Assembly: GCA_964435695.1 (NCBI GenBank)
Contig: CAYTAQ010000001.1
Span: forward strand, 4,580-68,579
Source: an uncultured Desulfobacterales bacterium
Lineage (GTDB): Bacteria > Desulfobacterota > Desulfobacteria > Desulfobacterales > B30-G6
DNA length: 64,000 nucleotides
Direction: 5' to 3'
The notes beneath the pieces are model-generated. The model was not told the DNA's origin and did not search any database. It saw only the letters and a list, made by a program, of their open reading frames with translations. The translations under genes were made by a program, and so were the position numbers. Below, piece by piece: positions 19,467-28,755 of this stretch. The stretch's first letter is position 1, and the number at the start of each line of letters is the position of its first letter.

Positions 19467-20732
19467 ATGGGGGATAACACAATCGAGTGCCCAAAATGCG
19501 GACATAAAAACGAGGCATCGGCGGTTGAATGCGATAAATGCGGCGTTACCTTCTCCTTATTCTTTGGAAACACCAAAAAGGACAAGGAAAAAACGCCGGC
19601 GCCTCAGCTTAAAGAACGCAAAGGCGCTGGAATAAAAAATTTAACCCAATGCCCAAAATGCGGTCATACGGTCATTGCGTCCGCTGAAGAATGTATTAAA
19701 TGCGGCATTATTTTTCAAAAATATTTCGAAGTCCAGGAGCGCAAACAGAAAGAGGAACAGGAAAAAGCCGAAGCTGAAAAAAAGGAAAGAAGAGAAAAAG
19801 AAAAAGCCGAAGCTGAAAAAAAGAAGCAGATGCAGAGGGAAAAGGCTGAAAGGGAAAAGGCTGAGGCTGAAAAAAAGAAACAGGAAGAAAAAAATAAGGC
19901 AGAAGCTGAAAAAAAGGAAAGAGAAGAAAAACAAAAAGCCGAGGCTGAAAAAAAGAAACAGGAAGAAAGAGAAAAAGCTGAAACATTGCCCCCCCCCCAG
20001 GAAAAAGAAAAAAAAGAAATCGAAAATGCGGCCCAAAAAGAAATAGAATCCACTGAAAATTTAAAAAAAGAACTGGAAGCATTGAGGACCGAAGCTGAGA
20101 CGCTTAAAAATGAAAAAATCGAAAAAGAAAAGGAAGAAGCCTTAAAAAAAGAAACGGAAGAAAAAGAAAAGGAAGAAGCGCTCCATAAAGAAGCGGCAGA
20201 CCAAAAAAGGATTCAGACGCTGTCTTCAGAGACGGACGCCTTGCGATCCGAAGCTGAGGCTTTAAGAAAGGAAAAGGAAGCACTTGAGAAAGCCGCTGCC
20301 TTAAGAAGAGAGCAGGATGAAAAAGAAAAAGCCGAAGCCTTAAGGAAAGAGAAGCAGGAGCAAGAAAAGGCCGAAGCAATCAGAAAAGAAAGAGAAGACC
20401 AGCTAAAAAGGATGGAAACCATTTTGAAAACACTGGTACCCAAGCCTAATTATGCAGCATTACTCAAAAAGTACGAAGGCAAAGAAATCGGAGTCAACTT
20501 TGATGACCCTGCAGAAATTAGAAGCGCAAGATTAGCCAAAGTGAATGAAGATCATTTCAGCATATTGAATATGGAGAACGAGTTGTTGTACAGCTATTCT
20601 TTCAACAACATCGTCTCGATCGTTGAAGCAATGGATGGCGTGCCGGTTGAAGCATCCGGCCAAAAAGCCACCTATCCGATCGTTGTAAGGGTTCTCCACT
20701 TGATGGTTAAGAAAAAATGGAGCTTCATCTAG
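19467..20732 (+). CDS. double zinc-ribbon protein with a long E/K-repeat helix and a small C-terminal domain
   Basis: There are two CPKCGH-x9-11-C-x2-CG ribbons, then about 220 aa of EKAEAEKKKQEE-type repeats, then a roughly 100-aa non-repetitive C-terminus. The RBS is strong. Confidence 0.7.
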   Translation: MGDNTIECPKCGHKNEASAVECDKCGVTFSLFFGNTKKDKEKTPAPQLKERKGAGIKNLTQCPKCGHTVIASAEECIKCGIIFQKYFEVQERKQKEEQEKAEAEKKERREKEKAEAEKKKQMQREKAEREKAEAEKKKQEEKNKAEAEKKEREEKQKAEAEKKKQEEREKAETLPPPQEKEKKEIENAAQKEIESTENLKKELEALRTEAETLKNEKIEKEKEEALKKETEEKEKEEALHKEAADQKRIQTLSSETDALRSEAEALRKEKEALEKAAALRREQDEKEKAEALRKEKQEQEKAEAIRKEREDQLKRMETILKTLVPKPNYAALLKKYEGKEIGVNFDDPAEIRSARLAKVNEDHFSILNMENELLYSYSFNNIVSIVEAMDGVPVEASGQKATYPIVVRVLHLMVKKKWSFI

Positions 20733-22056
20733 ATGACGATACCTGCTGAAGCACATCCCTGAAAATTGACAGGCAGGTATCGATTTCTTCGGAAGTCACC
20801 GTAAGCGCAGGCGAAAACCTTATACTGTTTTCACTGCAACCCAGCAGCAGCAATCCCTTTTGAAACGCCTCCCGGATGATGACGTTTCTCAAGTCGCTGT
20901 GGGGTTCTTTTTTCTCGCGATCTTTCACCAACTCCGCACCGATCATTAGCCCCTTCCCTCGAACATCACCTAAAAATTCATAATCCGACATGAGATCGGA
21001 TAATCCCCGCATCAATTTATCCCCTTGAATTGCCGCGTTTTCCATAAGGCTGTCTTCAATGAGTTCAATGGTAGCCATAGCCGCTTGGCATGAAACCGGA
21101 TTTCCTCCGAAAGTGGAGGCATGCGATCCAGCCTCCCAATCCATGATATCCGATTTTGCAACAAGTGCACCAAGCGGCATGCCGGATGCAATTCCCTTTG
21201 CCAGTGTCATCATATCCGGAATTACGCCGAAATGCTCCATGGCAAACATTTTTCCCGTACGCCCCATGCCGGATTGCACTTCATCCGCCACATAAAGGAT
21301 ATTATACTTCTTTGCTATTTTATAAAGCTCCCGGTGAAAATCCGGCGGCGGAACGATATATCCCCCTTCACCTTGAATCGGTTCCACAAAGATACTGGCT
21401 ACTTCTTCAGGAGGTATCGTGGTTCGAAACAGCGTTTCCTCTACCCATTTCACACAGTCCAGCTCACAGCTCGGGTAGGTTAAATTGTAAGGACACCGGT
21501 AGCAGTAGGGATAGGGGATGTGCGTTATACCCGGGACAAACGGATTATAATGCTTTTTTTGAACCGTTTTGCTGGCCGTCAGGGAGAGCGCCCCCATGGT
21601 GCGACCGTGAAATGCACCGAAAAATGCAAGGTTCAATTCTCGTTTGGTATGCCATCTGGCAAGTTTGAAAGCGGCTTCGACAGCCTCGGCGCCGGAATTT
21701 CCAAAATAGACTTTCCAGTCTTTTTTATCGGAAACGAGGGATGCAAGCTTCTCTGCTAAAGCGATTTGAGGTCGATAATAAAAATCCGTGCCCGACATAT
21801 GCAGGAGCAGGTCAGCCTGTCTCTTGATGGCCGCCACCACTTTCGGGTGACAGTGGCCGGTTGAACATACGGCGATGCCCGCTGTAAAATCTAAAAATAC
21901 ATTGCCATCGACATCGTGTATCCATACCCCCCTCCCCTTTTCGGCAACCAGAGGGTATCCCCTGGTATATGACGGTGAGACAAAGTGTTGATCGAGGCTG
22001 ATCAACGCGCTGGCCTTTGGACCGGGAAGATCTGTTTTGATGATAGGCTGTTTCAT
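20725..22056 (-). CDS. class III PLP aminotransferase (GabT-like)
   Basis: Motifs LPGPKA, GNSGAEAVEAAFKLAR, DEVQSGMGRTG and TFGGNP. Start set at MKQPII, which has an AAGAGGTGA RBS. The 3' end overlaps the convergent gene by 8 nt. Confidence 0.85.
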   Translation of the reverse strand: MKQPIIKTDLPGPKASALISLDQHFVSPSYTRGYPLVAEKGRGVWIHDVDGNVFLDFTAGIAVCSTGHCHPKVVAAIKRQADLLLHMSGTDFYYRPQIALAEKLASLVSDKKDWKVYFGNSGAEAVEAAFKLARWHTKRELNLAFFGAFHGRTMGALSLTASKTVQKKHYNPFVPGITHIPYPYCYRCPYNLTYPSCELDCVKWVEETLFRTTIPPEEVASIFVEPIQGEGGYIVPPPDFHRELYKIAKKYNILYVADEVQSGMGRTGKMFAMEHFGVIPDMMTLAKGIASGMPLGALVAKSDIMDWEAGSHASTFGGNPVSCQAAMATIELIEDSLMENAAIQGDKLMRGLSDLMSDYEFLGDVRGKGLMIGAELVKDREKKEPHSDLRNVIIREAFQKGLLLLGCSENSIRFSPALTVTSEEIDTCLSIFRDVLQQVSSSR

Positions 22057-22470
22057 AATCACCTCTTTTAATTGCTTGTATGCCGCTTTAATATGGTTTT
22101 TTGCAAAATCAGTCAAATTAGCCATATGATTACCGGATATACTTACGATCATTTGAGGTGTTCGTCAATAATAGCAAAAAAAAAGATTTTTTGATCCGAC
22201 AGATCACCGGCGTCCTGTTTGTCCCTCTCACCGGGCATGCCATGAAAACCCGGTATTAAGCTTCACGGTTGTCTTGGGCGGCGTGCTCATTTTCTCAAGC
22301 AGCGGAGGAATCTTATCACAGTATCTGAAACCAAAGGTCTTGAAGACCGTGCTTTGGCTATTATGCGGCCTGCTGCTTCTTATGATTATTACGGTGGACA
22401 GTCAACGGTTGCGCCTCTGTCCTGGCGTCTATCGCCGCGGCTCAAATGGCCATCAGTTCAGGTCTGAAAA

Positions 22471-22508
22471 TCCTGTTTCTGTATTCTGCCTCCTGTATTC
22501 TGTATTCT
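22471..22508. repeat. TATTCTGT-word block, near-identical to 43451-43482
   Basis: TCCTGTTTCTGTATTCTGCCTCCTGTATTCTGTATTC compares with CAGTATTCTGTCTCCTGTATTCTGTATTCTTG. Confidence 0.75.
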
Positions 22509-22582
22509 TTTTGTTTTTTTTATAGTATGTCCAAATATCTCTGACTGGTCCAAAAGGACCCGGTTTTATTCAATGGAATAAT

Positions 22583-24346
22583 ATGAAAATACTTCTGATC
22601 TACCCCTATTTTCTGGATGAGCGGATTCATACATATGACATCAGCGTGCCCCCCATCGGCCTGTATTATGTAGGGGCCGTCCTCAAGGAAAACGGTTATG
22701 ACGTGGACATACTTAACTGGCATGCGATCCATTCATCACCCAAAATAATCAAAGAAACCCTGATCCGAATAAACCCGGATGTAATCGGATTCTCCATTTT
22801 ACATGCCAACCGATTTGGGGGAATCGAAATCGCCGGCATTGCCAAAGCACTGAACCCTGAGGTGAAAATCGTTTTCGGCGGCGTTGGCGCGACGTTTTTA
22901 TGGCGTCATTTTTTAACCCATTTTAACGCCATCGATTACATTGTGCTGGGGGAAGGAGAATACACTTTTTTAGCGCTTGTCAGATGCTTTGAGAAAAAAG
23001 ACGATACCGCCATAAAAAACATCAACGGGATTGCGTTCCGACAGCAAACCGGCCCGTATCAGACAAAACCGGCTGATGTCGTTCAGAATCTGGACCAACT
23101 TCCCATACCGGCAACGTATTTTCAGTATCAGCATGTTTCCTTTACCAGGGGATGCCCCGGGAACTGTACGTTTTGTGGTTCACCCCAGTTCTGGGGGCAT
23201 CGGGTCAGGACGCATTCACCGATCTATTTCGTCGATCAACTGGAATGCCTTTATCACAAAGGTATTCAGTCCTTTTATTTCTCAGACGATACGTTTACAT
23301 TCAAAAAAAAACATGTCCTGGCCATCTGCAAAGAAATCATTGCAAGAGGGCTGAATATCACCTGGGTTGCCATTTCCCGGGTGAACACGGTTGATGATGA
23401 GATCCTTGGATGGATGCGAAAAGCCGGATGTACACAAATCAGCTACGGTATTGAGAGCGGCTCGGAAAAGATCCGGCGCAAATTCAACAAGCGCATTCAA
23501 ACCGAACAGATAAAAAAAGCATTCGACAGCACCCGATCCTACGGCATTTTACCTCGGGCTTATTTCATATACGGAGCCCCCGGCGAATCCCGGGAAACGA
23601 TACAAGAAACCATCCGGCTGATCCATAATATCAAGCCATTGGGTGCGATTTTTTATATACTTGATATTTTTCCAGGAACGAAACTGTATGAGGACTTTAA
23701 GAAAAAGGAAAAGCTTTCAGATGACATATGGTTGAATCGGGTGGAAGATATTATGTATTTTGAGTCGGATCCCGCGCTCTCCAAAGAAGCAATCCTGGAA
23801 TTCGGAAGCCTATTAAGAAGCGATTTTCATAAAAGATTACCTGGATTCATTGAGGATATCGAACTGATTAGCGATAAAACATTTGATCGGTTTCATGCGG
23901 ATTTTTATTCGCGAATGGGGATGACCTTCACCCATGGAGATTATGCAAAAATAGATGCAATTGCGGAAAAAGAGATGATTGCGGAAAAACTTTTTCTAAA
24001 ATCCCTTTCCTATTTTCCCGATATTCGTGCATATCTGGGGCTTGGTATTCTTTATCAAAAACAAAGATCTTTTCAAAAATCCATGGAAATCATTGCCCAG
24101 GGGCTCTCACATTTCTCCGAAGGAATGGATTTGCGTATTTGTCAGGCTATTAATCATATGAATTTGAAAAATTTTGACGCCGCTCTGTCGATTTTTCTCG
24201 AGTATCAAACACTGCCGCATGTGATTTCCTATATCATTGAATGCTACAGGCAAATTGGGGATTTTGAGAACGCGAAAACATTTAGCGATAAAAAAGGATT
24301 CCAGGAGCCAAGAATCCAAGGAGTCGAGTTAAAAACCAAAAAATAA
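22583..24346 (+). CDS. B12-binding-domain radical SAM protein with C-terminal TPR-like region
   Basis: The N-terminal cobalamin-binding-type domain is followed by FTRGCPGNCTFC (CxxxCxxC). The last ~17 codons are derived from a repeat element. Confidence 0.85.
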   Translation: MKILLIYPYFLDERIHTYDISVPPIGLYYVGAVLKENGYDVDILNWHAIHSSPKIIKETLIRINPDVIGFSILHANRFGGIEIAGIAKALNPEVKIVFGGVGATFLWRHFLTHFNAIDYIVLGEGEYTFLALVRCFEKKDDTAIKNINGIAFRQQTGPYQTKPADVVQNLDQLPIPATYFQYQHVSFTRGCPGNCTFCGSPQFWGHRVRTHSPIYFVDQLECLYHKGIQSFYFSDDTFTFKKKHVLAICKEIIARGLNITWVAISRVNTVDDEILGWMRKAGCTQISYGIESGSEKIRRKFNKRIQTEQIKKAFDSTRSYGILPRAYFIYGAPGESRETIQETIRLIHNIKPLGAIFYILDIFPGTKLYEDFKKKEKLSDDIWLNRVEDIMYFESDPALSKEAILEFGSLLRSDFHKRLPGFIEDIELISDKTFDRFHADFYSRMGMTFTHGDYAKIDAIAEKEMIAEKLFLKSLSYFPDIRAYLGLGILYQKQRSFQKSMEIIAQGLSHFSEGMDLRICQAINHMNLKNFDAALSIFLEYQTLPHVISYIIECYRQIGDFENAKTFSDKKGFQEPRIQGVELKTKK

Positions 24347-24415
24347 AACCAATCACGAAAACACGAAATTTTTCTATTTCTTTTTCGTGATTTCGTGATA
24401 AAGGGTTCTTCACAA
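24296..24415. repeat. family A element, copy lacking the right outer arm; its left arm forms the 3' end of the radical SAM ORF
   Basis: GGATTCCAGGAGCCAAGAATCCAAGGAGTCGAGTTAAAAACCAAAAAATAAAACCAATCACGAAAACACGAAA...TTTCGTGATTTCGTGATAAAGGGTTCTTCACA aligns base-for-base with 9645-9770. Confidence 0.85.
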
Positions 24416-24449
24416 TTCTGAAAACGCCAAAGGCATACACAGTTACGCT

Positions 24450-25412
24450 ATGAAATTTCAACCATTCCATCCGCCCTTTTACCTCTCAAACACCTATACG
24501 CAGACCTTTCTGGCCAGCCTGAAGCTTCGCACCTTGGGAAACAACCCCATGATTCGTTTTGAAAAACATGTCATTCTTGACACCAGGGACGGAAACAGGC
24601 TTTCAGGCTATTACTCACCCCAAAACGCAGGCAATCCCAAAGGGCTAGGCATTCTCCTCCACGGTTGGGAGGGCAGTTCCCAATCAACGTATATTTTACA
24701 GTGCGGCAAGCATCTATATCAAAATGGCTATGCTGTTTTCCGCCTGAATTTCAGGGATCACGGCGCCAGCCATCATCTGAATAAAGGCTTATTCTATGCA
24801 ACGCTGCTGGACGAAGTTTTTGAGGGGGTTCGGCTGGCATCCCGGTTCTGTGAAAACGTACCGGTGCTTCTGGCGGGATTTTCATTGGGCGGCAACTTTG
24901 CGATCCGGATAGCAGCAAAATATTCGAACGGCGACCACCATCATTTGTCCCGTGTTATAAGCATCAGCCCGGTTCTCGATCCGGAGAAATCCACCGATCG
25001 AATTGACGGCAATCCCTTGATACGAAGCTATTTTTTAAGAAAATGGCGCAACTCCCTGAAGTTGAAACAACGCCTTTTCCCGGAAGCTTACAACTTTAAG
25101 GAAGTTTTAAAGCTGGATACCCTCCGAAAAATGACCGACGAATTGATCCATCACTACTCGGACTACTCGAGCTCACATGAATATTTCAAGAGCTACAGTA
25201 TTCCACCGGAAGCCATCAACCATCTGACGCTGCCGCTAAGCATCATTGCTGCGGCGGACGATCCGATCATTCCGGTAGACGACTTTTATGCCATAAAAAC
25301 CGCCGTCGGAACCGACCTGATCATCCATGCCCAGGGAGGGCACAATGGCTTCCTTGAAGGTATTTTCAAGCCCGCCTGGTATGACAGGTATCTGGTGGAT
25401 ATTTTTAAGTAA
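24450..25412 (+). CDS. alpha/beta hydrolase (YheT-like)
   Basis: 320 aa with HGWEGS, the nucleophile elbow GFSLGGN, and C-terminal D and H residues (AADDPIIP, GGHNGF). Confidence 0.8.
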   Translation: MKFQPFHPPFYLSNTYTQTFLASLKLRTLGNNPMIRFEKHVILDTRDGNRLSGYYSPQNAGNPKGLGILLHGWEGSSQSTYILQCGKHLYQNGYAVFRLNFRDHGASHHLNKGLFYATLLDEVFEGVRLASRFCENVPVLLAGFSLGGNFAIRIAAKYSNGDHHHLSRVISISPVLDPEKSTDRIDGNPLIRSYFLRKWRNSLKLKQRLFPEAYNFKEVLKLDTLRKMTDELIHHYSDYSSSHEYFKSYSIPPEAINHLTLPLSIIAAADDPIIPVDDFYAIKTAVGTDLIIHAQGGHNGFLEGIFKPAWYDRYLVDIFK

Positions 25413-25490
25413 AGAATCCGGGTCCAAAGGGCCTAGCTTTGGAATAACCCCCAACCCGGCTATACCGGAAAATACAAATGCATTCTTGTA

Positions 25491-25531
25491 AACATCGAAC
25501 GTCGAACATCCAACGTTCGATGTTCGATGTT
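25491..25531. repeat. palindrome (ATCGAACGTCGAACA theme) between convergent genes
   Basis: AACATCGAACGTCGAACAT-cc-AACGTTCGATGTTCGATGTT. It probably acts as a bidirectional terminator hairpin. Confidence 0.75.
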
Positions 25532-25603
25532 CATGGGTTTCACACAACTTTAGCGAAGTCCGTTTAATCCGTATCCTAAATCCCGCGCAACCATGATGCG
25601 TTT

Positions 25604-27292
25604 TCATTGCTTTTGTTTTTTCCCGCTCCGCACGACTTCCTTGATCCGCTGAATATGTCCCCGCCCCAATCCTTTAACTTCGCAGCCGAGCTCAAAATAT
25701 CTATGAATAGCCGTATCGTCCAAGATGCCGAAACAGTCGATAATAGCCATGGCGTTTCCTGCCATCTCCACCACGTTCTCAGGAGAAAGGTTTAAATATG
25801 CATGATGCCTGACTGCCAATACGACGGCATCCACCCCTTTCAGAGCGTGTGCGATATCGGGTTGCATACGGGTCTCGGACAGACCTTCCTGGTTACGGAA
25901 AAACCGCGCCCACGAATGCCCCGGCGCAGGGTATGTATCCTGTTTTTCAATTTCCCACCAGTGTTTGACATAGGGGTCGTGGGCTACGACATCTCCTCCC
26001 ATTTCGGTCAATTTTCGAACAATAAGCTCTGAGCCGCTGTACCGGGTATCACCCACATCCTCTCTGTAAGATACTCCCAACAAGGCAATTTTTGACGCCG
26101 CAACAATTTTTCCCATATTCCGCAAAGCATCCCGGACAAGTTCCGCAACATGTATGGCCCGGGTATCGTTGATATCGATGGCCATGGGGGTAATCTTGAA
26201 AATATCATCATCAAATCCCATGAGTGTATTATACGCCCATACGCCCAAGCCGCCGTCCTTGGGCAGGCAGTATCCGCCGATACCCGGCCCGGGAAATATG
26301 AGGTTGGAATGGGTCGGTCGAACCTTGATGGCCTGAATCACCTTGGTAAGATCAACTCTGTTTCTTTCAGCAAAACGACTCCATTCATCAAGAAAAGCCA
26401 GGATGGTGGCCCGGTAAGAATTCTCCACTATTTTACATGTTTCGCTTTCAATGGGTTGATCCAGCACAGTTAACGGATATTTCTCGACATTGATAACGTT
26501 CGTAAGAAATTTTACGACCCGTTCGCGGGATGGTTCATTGATGCCGCTGCAAACACGCCAGAAATCGCGGATAGACGCCACGTATTTCCGCCCAGGCATG
26601 ACGCGCTCGAATGAATGAGCTATCAAGGGCTCTGAATCATGGAGACCTCTTTTGGCAAAAGCCTTTTTGATGGTCGGGTACGCCACATATTCAGTGGTTC
26701 CGGGCGGCACGGTGGTTTCTATCAGCACCAGACAGTCGGGATTGATTTTTTGTCCGATGGTTTCAAGGCTGCTTTCCAAAGCAGCGATGTCCGCATGTCC
26801 GTTTCTGACATCGCCCAGACTCTCTTTATGGTAGTCGCACTGCACATCCACCACGACAATATCAGCCAAGGAGAGGGCATCATATGAGAATGAAGCAATA
26901 AAATTTTTTCGCTTTTTGACACACCGTTCAATCAGCGGCGCCACTTCCGGGTCTTCAGCTTCCACCGGCGACACACCCCGATTGATATAGGGTATTTTCC
27001 AGTAGGATCTAGGAGAGGGCCGCTGCATCCCGATGACAAAGTAATAGGGCTCACCGGATTCCGGATCGACTGAATCCGCTACCACGCCTGCCATCACCGC
27101 ACCTACAAACCCCACACCCATAACCACGACGATTTCACGATTCAACGCTCGCTGAGCATCCACAAGCTTTTTAAGCCGTTTTTTTTCCTTCTGAAAATCC
27201 TTTGCGGTCGGTAAGGTAAACACCTCACCATTCGGGCAGACCGACACCTGATCCGTTTCTTTTCCGATCTTTTCTGTAACCCTTTTTGTCAT
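25604..27292 (-). CDS. nucleotide-sugar dehydrogenase (UDP-glucose/GDP-mannose dehydrogenase family), long form
   Basis: Rossmann motif GVGFVGAVMAG and catalytic GIGGYCLPKD. At 562 aa it carries N- and C-terminal extensions. Confidence 0.8.
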   Translation of the reverse strand: MTKRVTEKIGKETDQVSVCPNGEVFTLPTAKDFQKEKKRLKKLVDAQRALNREIVVVMGVGFVGAVMAGVVADSVDPESGEPYYFVIGMQRPSPRSYWKIPYINRGVSPVEAEDPEVAPLIERCVKKRKNFIASFSYDALSLADIVVVDVQCDYHKESLGDVRNGHADIAALESSLETIGQKINPDCLVLIETTVPPGTTEYVAYPTIKKAFAKRGLHDSEPLIAHSFERVMPGRKYVASIRDFWRVCSGINEPSRERVVKFLTNVINVEKYPLTVLDQPIESETCKIVENSYRATILAFLDEWSRFAERNRVDLTKVIQAIKVRPTHSNLIFPGPGIGGYCLPKDGGLGVWAYNTLMGFDDDIFKITPMAIDINDTRAIHVAELVRDALRNMGKIVAASKIALLGVSYREDVGDTRYSGSELIVRKLTEMGGDVVAHDPYVKHWWEIEKQDTYPAPGHSWARFFRNQEGLSETRMQPDIAHALKGVDAVVLAVRHHAYLNLSPENVVEMAGNAMAIIDCFGILDDTAIHRYFELGCEVKGLGRGHIQRIKEVVRSGKKQKQ

Positions 27293-27402
27293 AGCAATTT
27301 CTCCTTAAACGTAACGATGTTTTTATAAACTCGGCAATCATGAAAGATCGTTCTTCTTCCAATTAATTGAGAGATCGGATCAACTCTTTTGGAGACGATC
27401 CA

Positions 27403-28284
27403 TCAAGACGCATACAACCGCTCTAACATGCGGGCCAAGCTTTCCTCCCACGGCCGCAGCGCAACCCCGAGTGTATTTTCAATTTTTGAGCAATCCAACA
27501 CGGAATTGGCCGGTCTTATAGCCGGCGTTGGATATTCCCGGGTGGAAACGGCCTGAATCCTCCTGAGTATAAATGAATCATACTTAGCTGAAATTTCAAA
27601 TATTTTTTTTGCAAACTCATACCAGCTTGTCCGACCTTTTCCACAATAATGATATGTTCCCCAAGGTACCTGCCTGTTTTCCTGAATCTGCCGAGCGATC
27701 AGCAAAATAGCCTCTGCAAGATCCGCCGCATCTGTCGGACATCCATGCTGATCATCCACAACACGGAGGGTCTCCTTCTCATGCCCCAGCTTAAGCATGG
27801 TCTTGACGAAATTAAGCCCGTAAATACTGTACAGCCACGCTGTCCGAAGAATGATATATTTCTTTGACCGGACAGCGACTTCCCTGTCGCCCTCAGCCTT
27901 GCTTTTTGCATAAACCCCGGCAGGCGCAACCGGGTCATCTTCGAAATAAGCACCTTCTTTTGTACCGGAATACACATAATCGGTGGAAATATGTATCAAG
28001 GGGATCCCCTTTTCAGCACAAGCTTCCGCCAAGTTGCGGGGGCCGTCCCTATTCACGGCGTATGCTGTATCCGCATCGGTTTCCGCTTGATCTACAGCCG
28101 TATAGCCAGCAGCATTAACCAGCATTGCAGGATTCATATCCCGGATCTTCTCCAAAACCGCTGCGGAATCCGATATGTCCAGGTCTTCAATATCGACCCC
28201 ATCCAGCGTCATGCCGTATCGGAGTCCCCTGTCCATGAGTTCCCGACCGACTTGACCATTCGAACCCGTCACCAGTACATGCAT
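27403..28284 (-). CDS. rfbD: dTDP-4-dehydrorhamnose reductase
   Basis: MHVLVTGSNGQVGREL, STDYVYSG and YAKSK (YxxxK). I moved the start to Met24 because the upstream codons lie in a palindromic repeat. Confidence 0.88.
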   Translation of the reverse strand: MHVLVTGSNGQVGRELMDRGLRYGMTLDGVDIEDLDISDSAAVLEKIRDMNPAMLVNAAGYTAVDQAETDADTAYAVNRDGPRNLAEACAEKGIPLIHISTDYVYSGTKEGAYFEDDPVAPAGVYAKSKAEGDREVAVRSKKYIILRTAWLYSIYGLNFVKTMLKLGHEKETLRVVDDQHGCPTDAADLAEAILLIARQIQENRQVPWGTYHYCGKGRTSWYEFAKKIFEISAKYDSFILRRIQAVSTREYPTPAIRPANSVLDCSKIENTLGVALRPWEESLARMLERLYAS

Positions 28285-28328
28285 TGCCGAATCAAACCTT
28301 TCACTTCGCAAACACCCTAATAAAACAT

Positions 28329-28392
28329 AACCACAAAGGCACAAAGCACACAAAGTTTTTTCTTTCTTTTAACCTTTGTGTCTTTGTGGTTG
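28329..28392. repeat. word-built palindrome (CACAAAGG theme) upstream of rfbD
   Basis: AACCACAAAGGCACAAAGCACACAAAG faces CCTTTGTGTCTTTGTGGTT. Confidence 0.8.
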
Positions 28393-28431
28393 CTTTTGCC
28401 ATAAAAAATATTAAAAATTACCATCTTGAAT

Positions 28432-28743
28432 CTATTGCGAAGTTTTTTTCCCTTTATCCACTTTGTTTTTGGGTTTTAATATCACTTCATCCTTTTTAAT
28501 CATCCCGAATTCTTTTCTTGCAATACTTTCAATATACTCCGGATCATTTTTCAAACGATCGATGGTCCGGTAGAGGGACAGGTTTTCCTGTTTAAGCCTC
28601 TCGTTTTCCTGTAGCAATCGATCTCTGTCGCTTTTGAGCTTAAAAAGATCGGCAAGTCCGCTGTCGCTGAACATGATAAACAACAGCAGGCAAAAGAGAA
28701 GAAGAATCGATATGCCGACGAATATTCTTTGTTTGGTGTTCAT
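28432..28743 (-). CDS. ftsB: septum formation initiator (FtsB/DivIC family)
   Basis: 103 aa with one TM helix followed by a coiled coil (LKSDRDRLLQENERLKQENLSL...DPEYIE..AR). Confidence 0.75.
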   Translation of the reverse strand: MNTKQRIFVGISILLLFCLLLFIMFSDSGLADLFKLKSDRDRLLQENERLKQENLSLYRTIDRLKNDPEYIESIARKEFGMIKKDEVILKPKNKVDKGKKTSQ

Positions 28744-28755
28744 TGGATACGCTAT

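Noticed and set aside
19641-20443. Several ORFs on both strands over the E/K repeat (19641..20036, 19675..20046, 19708..20082, 19715..20053, 20104..20379, 20213..20443).
   Set aside because: They are poly-F/L/S or K/R translations of the purine-rich tandem repeat in other frames. Only the frame with the zinc ribbons, RBS and promoter is credible.
22274-22525. 83-aa ORF in the 430-nt gap upstream of the radical SAM gene, and 56933..57227 ORFs.
   Set aside because: It has a TTG start with no RBS, and its C-terminal part is the translation of the TATTCTGT word repeat. The ORFs in the 56933..57227 region are likewise translations of repeat modules.
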